Below, in pieces: positions 1 to 8,414 of a stretch of DNA of 59,017 bases. The DNA is from a virus (Duplodnaviria > Caudoviricetes). The translations under genes were made by a program, and so were the position numbers. Each line of letters begins with the position of its first letter. Within the stretch, counting starts at the first letter, position 1. The stretch spans positions 1 through 59,017 of the IMG/VR virus record IMGVR_UViG_3300048576_000482; one strand, 5' to 3'. The notes beneath the pieces were generated by a model that had not been told where the DNA came from, searched no databases, and saw only the letters and a program-made list of their open reading frames with translations.

Positions 1-1218
1 TTATTTTTGAGATGAAGCTGTTTTTGAAGTTATTAGTTTCTCTAGTGTTTCCACCGCTGGACGTTGAGCTTCAACATCAGGGTGTAGATATCTGCTTTTG
101 AAGAAATTGTAGTCCTTATGTCTAGCTAAATTGCAAATTGCATTTGGATCGGCGTTGTTGTTTGCTAAAATAGTAAGCACAGAATGACGAAGACCATGGA
201 ACTTCATATCGGGCAAACCGGCTTTTTCGAGAGCCTTTTTAAAAGTTCTAGAACTTAAATTTTTAGAGTCAATTGGTCCTCCGGTAGAATTAGTGAAAAC
301 CAAGCCATAATCTTTCCAAATAAGACCCCTTTCCTCTGCTTCCCCCTTTTTAATTTCATTATACTTAATTTCTTTTTTTAATTCATCAACAACCATATCA
401 GCTAATGGAATTCTATCCGGTAATTGTCCTTCGCGGTCTTTTGCTGGACCAAATGTAGGATTAGCTCCGGCACTAGTGACTTGCGATCTAACATAATAGA
501 TTTTTCGTTTAAAGTCAATGTCTTTCACCATCATGCCACACAATTCATCAATTCTCAATGCCGTAGTAAGCTCTGTTAAAAACATTCGATAATAGGTTTG
601 TCGTTGATCTTGAGCAAATTTTGTATCACATTTACTTGGTTTCAATACGGACTCAAGAAAGACTGGAATGTTTTCTTCCGATAACAGCGAATATTCCCTT
701 TCTGCGACAACAGGACAATCTACGAATTCCATCAAGTTTTCTGCTATTTTACGTTTTTTCTTAGCCCATCCAAACATTGAGCTCATAGTAGAGTATATAC
801 TAGCTAAAGTTGTGTCTTTTTTTCCGCCTTCTGCAGTTACTTTATTGGCGCTTTCAAATAAAACTAGATCTAGATCGTCTACAGTCAAATCTAGGATTTT
901 TATGGTGCCAATTACCGGGATAATATAAATATCTAATCGGCTTTGATAAAATACTTGAGTAGGTTCAGCTAAAGGTTCAACTGGAGATTTAACATGCTGT
1001 TCCATCCATATTTTAGATAAATCATAGACGGTCATTTTGGGGTCGATTGTTATTCCCTGTTTTTTCTTTTTCTTTAGACTATCTTCAATTTTTTTTGCTT
1101 CCTCTTTACAAGTTGCCGAAATGGGAATCCAGTCCTGTTTATATCTTTTCTTCCCGTCTTCGATAATGGGTTTACTTTTAACTATATACCAGTGCCCATT
1201 TTTCTCTGCTACAGCCAT
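1..1218 (-). CDS. int: Tyrosine recombinase / phage integrase
   Basis: Catalytic motifs ALRIDEL (R), FHGLRHS (HxxR), ARHK (H) and RYLH (Y); N-terminal arm and core-binding region. Confidence 0.93.
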   Translation of the reverse strand: MAVAEKNGHWYIVKSKPIIEDGKKRYKQDWIPISATCKEEAKKIEDSLKKKKKQGITIDPKMTVYDLSKIWMEQHVKSPVEPLAEPTQVFYQSRLDIYIIPVIGTIKILDLTVDDLDLVLFESANKVTAEGGKKDTTLASIYSTMSSMFGWAKKKRKIAENLMEFVDCPVVAEREYSLLSEENIPVFLESVLKPSKCDTKFAQDQRQTYYRMFLTELTTALRIDELCGMMVKDIDFKRKIYYVRSQVTSAGANPTFGPAKDREGQLPDRIPLADMVVDELKKEIKYNEIKKGEAEERGLIWKDYGLVFTNSTGGPIDSKNLSSRTFKKALEKAGLPDMKFHGLRHSVLTILANNNADPNAICNLARHKDYNFFKSRYLHPDVEAQRPAVETLEKLITSKTASSQK

Positions 1219-1240
1219 ATTTAATCACCCTAGTAAATAT

Positions 1241-2134
1241 TCATTTTTTTAAACGCCAAAAGGTTCCATCTTCAAATTGTACTTCTCTTATATAAGGTTT
1301 AATCTTACGTGTATTTTCATATAATCTTAAAACCCAAGGCCCAATATCAACTGGTGAAGACATTTCCGGGATTGTTGTATCTTGAGACATAAAATTAAAT
1401 CGATTATTCCCGCCACCCCAAGTAACCGGTTTATTCATTTTGTTAAACATTTCAAATGTACCAACAAAACCAACAATCTTCTTTTTAGAGGTATTTTTCA
1501 AAATAAGATCTATATTAACATTTCCATATTCATCTATATCTATTTGGTAAGCTAAAATTTTTAATGGGCATAATGATTTATCTTCAATAGACATATAATA
1601 AGAATCATGATTTTCACTAAGCTTAGGATTAATTCGATAAATTTTATGATGCACTGTAATATCCGTAAATACTTCATATTTCCATTCTGAATTATTGTAT
1701 TCATTTTTTATAGCTACGATATAAAAATCTAATTGTCGTTTATTATTCCATATATCAATTCCTTTTACTTTAAGAGCATAGCCATTTTCAAATGATGAAA
1801 TCATATAATTTTGTTTCGCAAGATCAATAATCTTCATGCAATTTGAGTCTTTGGTAAATGATGTTTGATCCAATTTTACGTATCTATATATTGTATCGAA
1901 ATACAATATCTCACTCCAAGATTTATATGTATCAATTAAATTTTGCTCAATTTCAATAAATTGAGCTTCGGTTGCAGTTGGTGGGACTGTTGGTTCGGGA
2001 TCAACATATATCCAAGTATAATTATCTTTTAGTAACACTTTTTTGCCATCTTTAGTTGTGACAATTTCCTCAGCTAAGCAAATCGAAGATAATAAAAATA
2101 GTAAAATTATTAGCTGTTTTATAAATTTTAACAT
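1241..2134 (-). CDS. Secreted/surface accessory protein (DUF3157-like N-terminus)
   Basis: Signal peptide MLKFIKQLIILLFLLSSICLA followed by EIVTTKDGKKVLLKDNYTW; low GC; located between integrase and repressor. Confidence 0.6.
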   Translation of the reverse strand: MLKFIKQLIILLFLLSSICLAEEIVTTKDGKKVLLKDNYTWIYVDPEPTVPPTATEAQFIEIEQNLIDTYKSWSEILYFDTIYRYVKLDQTSFTKDSNCMKIIDLAKQNYMISSFENGYALKVKGIDIWNNKRQLDFYIVAIKNEYNNSEWKYEVFTDITVHHKIYRINPKLSENHDSYYMSIEDKSLCPLKILAYQIDIDEYGNVNIDLILKNTSKKKIVGFVGTFEMFNKMNKPVTWGGGNNRFNFMSQDTTIPEMSSPVDIGPWVLRLYENTRKIKPYIREVQFEDGTFWRLKK

Positions 2135-2224
2135 CAAAGAACCTCCTTTTTAATTTTATGATGCTATTTTTTTAAATACGAAAGCAGGGTTTGTGATTTA
2201 TAATATTGGCAACATTAAGCATCT

Positions 2225-2392
2225 CTAACTTACCTTTTCCTCGGTATTCGCTTTGTTAGTAACAAATTCACCAACTAACGTTTTTTGTAATGCCCCAATA
2301 CCTTTTGATACCACAATTATCGTTTCATCGTTGTACTCAATCATGATAAAATCAACATTTCCCGGTAACTCTGAAATTTCAATAAAACACAT
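2225..2392 (-). CDS. Small hypothetical protein (55 aa, MCFIEISELPGNVDF...), not in ORF track
   Basis: Hand translation; purine-rich AAAGGGTGGG RBS upstream; lies downstream of a LexA box. Confidence 0.5.
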   Translation of the reverse strand: MCFIEISELPGNVDFIMIEYNDETIIVVSKGIGALQKTLVGEFVTNKANTEEKVS

Positions 2393-2632
2393 CGCACATT
2401 CCCACCCTTTCTTTTTTTTTGTTAGTGTAATTGCCGATTGGGTGTACCGAACAAATGTATTCGCCTATGTTTTCCGTACATCATCAAATGTTAATTAATA
2501 TAAGAATCGGGAAATAACAGGAAAACTTTATATAAATGTAAACTATTTAACAATTTATTTACTTTAAAAAGGTAAAAGAGTGCTACATAGTGACATTTTT
2601 TTAAATAAATGAATAGGTTTATTTTTATTATA

Positions 2633-2644
2633 GAACATATGTTC
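2633..2644. promoter_or_regulatory. LexA/DinR (Cheo) SOS box
   Basis: GAACATATGTTC is a perfect GAAC-N4-GTTC in an intergenic region. Confidence 0.75.
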
Positions 2645-2698
2645 GATTGATGCAAGGCATTATTTTTTCTTGTATTTTCCTGATTTACTTTTGTTTGC

Positions 2699-3055
2699 CT
2701 ATTTTTTCTTGTTTTTACCTTTTGTCAATTCGACAGCGCCGCGAACGATCTCAAGAATTTTTTCTTGATCTGTCGGGGAAAGTGATTCGATGTCTAATTC
2801 CTGAAATTTTTTATAGATGTGGAATGTGGGAAGTTCGGGTGGCTTTGCAGCATTTTCTCGTTTAAGTAAATAATCGATTGAAACTCCATATAAATCGGCT
2901 AATTGCTTTAAAACATCTTCATTTAATCTCCGCCGGCCTGTTTCTAAATCGTAAATATATTGATTAGAAACGTTTAGCTTTTCCGCTACTTCGCCAACCT
3001 CAATGTTTAATTTCTCCCTTGTTTCACGCAAATTATTAGGGTTATCATGCTTCAT
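2699..3055 (-). CDS. CI-like XRE-family repressor
   Basis: HTH LRETREKLNIEVGEVAEKLNVSNQYIYDLETGRR...LADLYGVSIDYLL; divergent from a Cro-like gene. Confidence 0.88.
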   Translation of the reverse strand: MKHDNPNNLRETREKLNIEVGEVAEKLNVSNQYIYDLETGRRRLNEDVLKQLADLYGVSIDYLLKRENAAKPPELPTFHIYKKFQELDIESLSPTDQEKILEIVRGAVELTKGKNKKK

Positions 3056-3113
3056 TGTTTACTCCTCCGCAAATAGCTTATTAAAGTCTACCATAGAATA
3101 CTATATTTGTAAT

Positions 3114-3232
3114 TAGCAATATGACGAAAAGTTAAAGATATTTCAAGCAAATGGACGAAAAATGGAGTAAATTAAATCATATTTCGTCGTATCGACTAAA
3201 ATTGACTTTGTAATTTTTCGTCATATTGACTA
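3114..3232. promoter_or_regulatory. Genetic-switch operator array (4 copies of a TTTCGTC-N5-G(A)CT-like site)
   Basis: Copies at ~3114-3130 (rc), 3144-3161 (rc), 3182-3198 and 3215-3232, between the divergent XRE genes. Confidence 0.7.
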
Positions 3233-3277
3233 TTATAATATTACAGTATTAAATTTGATTGCAGGTGATTAGAAACG

Positions 3278-3508
3278 ATGACAGTTTCGGAGCAAATAAA
3301 AAAGGAAATGGAGTCTCAGAACATAGATCCTATAGAGCTTTCACGGCGAATGGGATATAGCTTCCAATATATTTACGATCTTTTCAAAGGAAGACGTCGA
3401 TGGAATGAGACCACTATTACGAAAGCTTGCAAAGCTCTTGGGCTTGAAATTTCTATTATTAAAACATCAGGTATTGAAAATTTATCGCCCACCGGCACGG
3501 ACAATTAA
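3278..3508 (+). CDS. Cro-like XRE HTH regulator
   Basis: 76-aa HTH (ELSRRMGYSFQYIYDLFKGRRRW) with a recognition helix similar to the repressor (QYIYDL). Confidence 0.85.
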   Translation: MTVSEQIKKEMESQNIDPIELSRRMGYSFQYIYDLFKGRRRWNETTITKACKALGLEISIIKTSGIENLSPTGTDN

Positions 3509-3741
3509 TTTAATTCAGCAACCCGGTCCCTACGCCTTGGGTAAGCGTCGCGGCCATTGCACAAATTTCTTCTTTTCCTTTCCTCCTAACTTTTTGATAT
3601 AGGGGAGCCTGACTTTTAAATGGCTCCCAGGATGGACCTCGAAGCAACTAAACCGTTCAAGTCGGAGATCAGACAACATGATTGAGGCCCATCCTGGGGA
3701 TCATTTTGAGCCAACAAAATTTACTTAAAGGGGTTGATTTT

Positions 3742-3882
3742 ATGAACAGCCAAAAGAAATTGAGCGCCACTAGTAATTTACCGCACAACACCAAGAATCC
3801 TTACCGGGTGGTCCGGGACGGACATAAGATCATCCTGATCCCCACTGTAATTCCGATATACACGCCGCCAAGCGCTGCGTAA
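3742..3882 (+). CDS. Small hypothetical protein
   Basis: AAGGGG RBS before ATG 3742. Confidence 0.4.
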   Translation: MNSQKKLSATSNLPHNTKNPYRVVRDGHKIILIPTVIPIYTPPSAA

Positions 3883-4106
3883 AATTTAAAAAAGTACCGG
3901 CTCCCGCTGACACCGGGAACCGGTATAAAAAGTAAAACATGGGCGGGGGTATATCGAGGGTTAAGTATTGGTGAAATTGAGCGGGGTTTGTGTAAATGTC
4001 GAGGTTTGATTTAATAGGTTTATTTCGGTGATTTACAAATTGATTATATAATATCTAAATTTATTTAAAAGGAAATAAATTGGCTGAAAGGAGGTGTGAT
4101 GCAGAC

Positions 4107-4589
4107 ATGCGGTGTCAAGGTGGGGATGTATGCAAAAAGGCAAGGCTCCGCGTTAACATGGTTACTGAAAACGCCTCCGAAAGTTTAAACTTATCATCGC
4201 GAATGTTGGGGCGATACGAAGCAGGGGAGTACATTGTTCCGGAAGATGTTTTGATTAGGATGGCTGAATTGTATAATGATCCGCTATTGCCGTGGAATTA
4301 TTGGGCCGTGAATAGCTTGATAGCAAAACAATATGGTATAAGGCCGATTCAAGATGTAAATTTTTCCGCTGTAGCGTTAAGGGTAATCAATGGGTTAAAC
4401 AAGCTATCAAACAAGCGAGAAGACTTCGCCGAGATAATTTCCGACGAGATGATTGAGCCAAAAGAAAAGGTTGAATTCGAAGAGATTATCGCAATGGTTG
4501 AAAGCGTTTCGCAAGGAGTAACATTTTTAAAACTAACTGGATCTTTTGGGAAAAAAGAAAAACCGCTTTTGCGAGAAGCGGCTGTGTGA
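4107..4589 (+). CDS. XRE-like HTH phage regulator
   Basis: KKARLRVNMVTENASESLNLSSRMLGRYEAGE HTH pattern; AAAGGAGG RBS. Confidence 0.7.
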   Translation: MRCQGGDVCKKARLRVNMVTENASESLNLSSRMLGRYEAGEYIVPEDVLIRMAELYNDPLLPWNYWAVNSLIAKQYGIRPIQDVNFSAVALRVINGLNKLSNKREDFAEIISDEMIEPKEKVEFEEIIAMVESVSQGVTFLKLTGSFGKKEKPLLREAAV

Positions 4590-4688
4590 AAAAACTTCAG
4601 GTAACTTAATTAGGCATTTATATTGTACCATGTTTTGTTTTAAAACACAACATCTTGTATTTGGTTAAAAAATAAAATGGAGGTAAAT

Positions 4689-5012
4689 ATGGCCGCGACA
4701 GTTTTTAAGCCTTGCTTTGCGCTCGTCAGTTCAAGAAAGGATCTGACCTTGAACGCTGACGATGAGGGAATCGTAATATCCGTTAAAAGCGCCCACGATG
4801 ACAGCGCTATCCGGATGACCTTGACCGATGAGGTCGCCATGGAATTGGCCGCTGATATCATCAAGGTTCAATTCGAACGTGTGAGTAATGCAGCGGCGAA
4901 GAACGCTCCTGGAACGTTTAAAGTGATTCACACTTCACCGCCTACACCATTCGCAAGCATCAATGATTTACTTGACGATATTTTTAAGCCTAAAAAAGTT
5001 TCCGGCTTATAA
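4689..5012 (+). CDS. Hypothetical protein
   Basis: GGAGG RBS; ORF in the early operon. Confidence 0.6.
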   Translation: MAATVFKPCFALVSSRKDLTLNADDEGIVISVKSAHDDSAIRMTLTDEVAMELAADIIKVQFERVSNAAAKNAPGTFKVIHTSPPTPFASINDLLDDIFKPKKVSGL

Positions 5013-5129
5013 AAACAGCCGGCCCGGATCGGGGGCGCCAACGAATCGCGATTTCCCGGCAGGCCACCGGAGACGCTCCGGGCGTTGATGAGCGGTGGCC
5101 GTTATAAAAGATTTGTATGGAGGCAAGTT

Positions 5130-5603
5130 ATGAATATCAAGCAAAAACAGGATATTTATTCAACAATTAATCCGTCTTTAATTCACCGGGAACTTGATGC
5201 TTATCCGGAACGGATCGCTAATCAAAAGAGCATTGTCCGCAACGCTAAACGAACTTTCGATAATGCTGATCTGGACCGGGCACAACGTGAAAATGAACTT
5301 TTGGCGATTATCACCAGTGAAACTGAATCAGCAACCGGTAAGGCTAAATATTCCAATAAAGAGTCCCGTGATGCCGAGTTAAAAAAGCGCTGTCGGATCG
5401 ACGCCGAATACAAGGCCGCCACCCAAAAAAGTCAGGAAGCGGAAAATGCTTGGCAGCAAGAGGTTGATAAACTTGAACAATTGCAGGATAAATACAAGAG
5501 TATGAGATACCGGGCTAAACTTGCCGGTGATGAATTGGAATTTTGGGCCGGAGAAGAAACCGAGGAAGAGGAACAGGTCCAGGGGAGTAAGCAAGCTTAT
5601 TAA
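5130..5603 (+). CDS. Coiled-coil hypothetical protein
   Basis: GGAGG RBS before ATG 5130; helical charged sequence with acidic tail. Confidence 0.65.
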   Translation: MNIKQKQDIYSTINPSLIHRELDAYPERIANQKSIVRNAKRTFDNADLDRAQRENELLAIITSETESATGKAKYSNKESRDAELKKRCRIDAEYKAATQKSQEAENAWQQEVDKLEQLQDKYKSMRYRAKLAGDELEFWAGEETEEEEQVQGSKQAY

Positions 5604-5633
5604 AGATTGTTAAAGCCTAATGGGGGATCTGCA

Positions 5634-5798
5634 ATGGCAAATTCATCTGATTTTCCAATACCAAATGAAAGTATGACGATTGAGGAATTGATTGATGCCA
5701 CAAATATTTATGGAGCCGAGATTCTTTTGGCCCAAACGATATTACAAAGAAAGCTAGAAGCTCTCGGGGAAATTAAGGTACCGAAAAAAACTTATTAA
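5634..5798 (+). CDS. Small hypothetical protein
   Basis: GGGGGA RBS before ATG 5634. Confidence 0.45.
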   Translation: MANSSDFPIPNESMTIEELIDATNIYGAEILLAQTILQRKLEALGEIKVPKKTY

Positions 5799-5800
5799 AA

Positions 5801-5943
5801 TCGCCTAGCGGCTTAATGGTCGAAGCCAGAATATGAGGTGGACGAGTGAAGGCGTTAACCGTAGACGGATTGAGTCAGCCACAACGCACCAAGGAATTGT
5901 ATCAAATCACAGACCATGACCAGCCCGGGAGAGCAGCGGGCGA
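5801..5943 (+). ncRNA. Putative structured intergenic RNA element
   Basis: TCGCCT/GGGCGA closing stem; ATGGTC (5816-5821) pairs with GACCAT (5912-5917); GC-rich island without an ORF. Confidence 0.4.
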
Positions 5944-5967
5944 ATAAAATAAAACTAGGTCCTTATT

Positions 5968-6435
5968 ATGGGATATATCGAAAAATATCACCTTAAAACC
6001 ATAAAAAGAGTTTGTTTAAATTGTGGAAAAGAATTTGATTTTCCTGCCAAATTCGCTAAACAATCTAAAAGAGGTAGGTATTGTTCCATTAAGTGCTCAT
6101 CTATGGTGGGAGGTAAAATTGGAAATAAAGTTTTAAGAGAAAAATATGATTTCCATGGATCAAATAATCCAAATTATAAAGACGGCAAATGCCACGAACG
6201 TTCAGTTGAATACAAGAATAGGTTTCGTGCTAAAAATCCAGAAAAAGCCAAAGCTCATGATATTGTGAAAAATGCTAAAGCGGCAAAATTATTAATTCCT
6301 AATCCTTGTCAATCTTGCGGTTCAACTGAAGAAATTCACGCTCATCATGATGATTATAGCAAACCTTTACAAGTAACGTGGTTATGTAGAAAATGCCACA
6401 TCCAACATCATAAAATTCATAAAGTTGCAAGTTAG
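5968..6435 (+). CDS. HNH endonuclease with N-terminal Zn finger
   Basis: CLNCGKEF...YCSIKC, then CQSCG..IHAHHDDYSKPLQVTWLCRKCHIQHH. Confidence 0.85.
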   Translation: MGYIEKYHLKTIKRVCLNCGKEFDFPAKFAKQSKRGRYCSIKCSSMVGGKIGNKVLREKYDFHGSNNPNYKDGKCHERSVEYKNRFRAKNPEKAKAHDIVKNAKAAKLLIPNPCQSCGSTEEIHAHHDDYSKPLQVTWLCRKCHIQHHKIHKVAS

Positions 6436-6569
6436 AGTTTTGGCGGCGATACAGGGCACATTATCATCCTTTAGCCCGGTTAAACGGAAGGATGTAACCG
6501 GAAACCATCGCCCGCCAAATTTAAGAGCCAAGGAGATGATGGAGACTCCATAATCTCAAGTAATCTCCT

Positions 6570-6663
6570 CCTCTTAAAAATGGGCTTTGCGGGAAAGTAG
6601 CGTGAAATACTGTTTAAAAAGAGCGACAGCGAAAAGCGCTATACAAAGCCCATTTTTAAGAGG
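6570..6663. repeat. 20-bp perfect inverted repeat enclosing 54 nt
   Basis: CCTCTTAAAAATGGGCTTTG (6570-6589) / CAAAGCCCATTTTTAAGAGG (6644-6663). Confidence 0.9.
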
Positions 6664-6695
6664 ATTAAGAAAAGTAAAGTTAGGAGTGATAAGCA

Positions 6696-7031
6696 ATGCC
6701 AAGGACTAAATTAGCCCCAAAAATTCAAGAAATTCCTTTTATCACATTTGCAGCACAGCAACGATTAGCCAGTAAGGAAATGTATGGACGGTTTTATCCG
6801 GCAGTTACAAAAGATGTATCCCAAGAAGGTACTGTTACTTACAATATTTGCATCAAAACTGGAGAATCATGGCGCGGCCAATATGTAACGGTATCATGGG
6901 ATTATTTTAAGCTTGATGCAACAGGATTGATATATCAAAGTCCACACGGATCTGCCAAGCAGTATAATAAAAAAATTCGATTACTTGATATGGATAAAGC
7001 CGTGGAAATGTACAAAGATAAGGTTTGTTAA
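6696..7031 (+). CDS. Hypothetical protein
   Basis: AGGAG RBS; 111-aa ORF. Confidence 0.65.
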   Translation: MPRTKLAPKIQEIPFITFAAQQRLASKEMYGRFYPAVTKDVSQEGTVTYNICIKTGESWRGQYVTVSWDYFKLDATGLIYQSPHGSAKQYNKKIRLLDMDKAVEMYKDKVC

Positions 7032-7060
7032 AAAAAGAGAAAGGCCAGGTGAACTTTAAA

Positions 7061-7219
7061 ATGTACGAAACCTTTAGAAATATGGACTTTAATCAGCAAT
7101 GTGTCTTTGCTATTTTAATAGGCATTTCCGTTTTCTTGTTAACCTGCGCCTTTATTGGAGTAATACAGGATCTGGTGACGCGGCGACGCGAGTCTAATAG
7201 TTACCGGATTCGAAGATAA
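7061..7219 (+). CDS. Small membrane protein
   Basis: One hydrophobic helix CVFAILIGISVFLLTCAFIGVI. Confidence 0.45.
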   Translation: MYETFRNMDFNQQCVFAILIGISVFLLTCAFIGVIQDLVTRRRESNSYRIRR

Positions 7220-7368
7220 AAAAAGCGCAAAAGAAGAAGGCCGGCCATGAAAAAAATGCTGCCATTCCGAAAGGAACCATAACAAGCCGGGAGGCGCTGA
7301 GTTAAGCGGGAAGCAGATCTTCTTCTTGATTTTAAGCACAAGTTTATTAAAAGGAGGTGAAAACTATA

Positions 7369-8304
7369 ATGGACCAACAAAATTTAACCCAAGGTAATTT
7401 AGCTTTAAACCCTCAGCCCGCACAACCGGCAATCCAACCGACGCAAACTCAAACAGCCAATCTCACATTGGTTCCAAAATCAATCGAGAATCCAACCATC
7501 AACTATCCGGTGTTATCGAACTTTCAAGATTTGATGGAGGCTATCAAAACCAATTACGCCGAGGGAGAGAAACAACGAATTGATCGAATTTCTGTTCCAT
7601 CCGGTGGTGGTTTATCATTCACAGTGATTGATGAAAATGGCCAGGAAGTTCCGGTGGCCAATATAAAGGGAACCATTCTTCATCATCAATACTACTGCAT
7701 ACGCTGGATGAAAAAATTCCAAGACCTCCAAGAAGGTGAAGTCAATCCGTTTTGTTTTTCTGCGGATCAAGTAGCCGGAAGTGGTTGTCCGGAAATGGGT
7801 ATTCCCGCGGGCCAACCATGTGCCAGTTGTCAATTCAAACAATCCGGAAGCGACCGCAACGGCGGAGAAGGTTCAGACTGTCATGATCGCTGCGCGGTGT
7901 TTACCCTTAAGGAAGGTTCAGCCATGCCGGTTAATGTTGATTTACCCCGGACATCTCTGAGTAATTGGAAAGCTTACCGGGGAATGTTGACTAAAACCAT
8001 CGGCAAAGCGTATACCCATGTTGTTACCAAGTTTGGACTGGAGAAAGTCGAGAAACCGGGCAAAAAATATTCCGCTGTCACGTTTGCGCGGGAAAGCACG
8101 TTGGTACTAACCCGCCAAGAAATCGAAATGATTCAGGAACTTAAAAAGTTGCTAATGCCGCAAATGGTAGTTGATTATACTGTTATGAAACAAGTGGCGG
8201 CAACGGTAAAGAGTGATGAAGAAGGTTCCGGAACTGGAACCGGTAGCCCGGATATTAACAACATGAATTTCGGCCCCGGAGATCCGAACAAGCAAGTGTA
8301 TTAA
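7369..8304 (+). CDS. Conserved phage recombination/ssDNA-binding-type protein (function inferred)
   Basis: RISVPSGGGLSF, PFCFSAD, CASC and LPRTS motifs; flexible tail; immediately precedes SbcCD. Confidence 0.5.
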   Translation: MDQQNLTQGNLALNPQPAQPAIQPTQTQTANLTLVPKSIENPTINYPVLSNFQDLMEAIKTNYAEGEKQRIDRISVPSGGGLSFTVIDENGQEVPVANIKGTILHHQYYCIRWMKKFQDLQEGEVNPFCFSADQVAGSGCPEMGIPAGQPCASCQFKQSGSDRNGGEGSDCHDRCAVFTLKEGSAMPVNVDLPRTSLSNWKAYRGMLTKTIGKAYTHVVTKFGLEKVEKPGKKYSAVTFARESTLVLTRQEIEMIQELKKLLMPQMVVDYTVMKQVAATVKSDEEGSGTGTGSPDINNMNFGPGDPNKQVY

Positions 8305-8348
8305 GCCGGATCGTATTTAAAGTTTATATTTAGTTTATATTTATTCAC

Positions 8349-8378
8349 CTGGAGGCCGGGTTAACCGGCCTCCAGTTT
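8349..8378 (+). terminator. GC-rich hairpin / possible terminator
   Basis: CTGGAGGCCGG-GTTAA-CCGGCCTCCAG-TTT. Confidence 0.55.
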
Positions 8379-8414
8379 CCCGGAAATAAAAATATAAAGC
8401 AGGAGGTAACCCAA

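Noticed and set aside
8321-8342. AGTTTATATTT tandem repeat as a further par site
   Set aside because: Different sequence and period from the AAGTAATAYT repeats; single low-complexity occurrence
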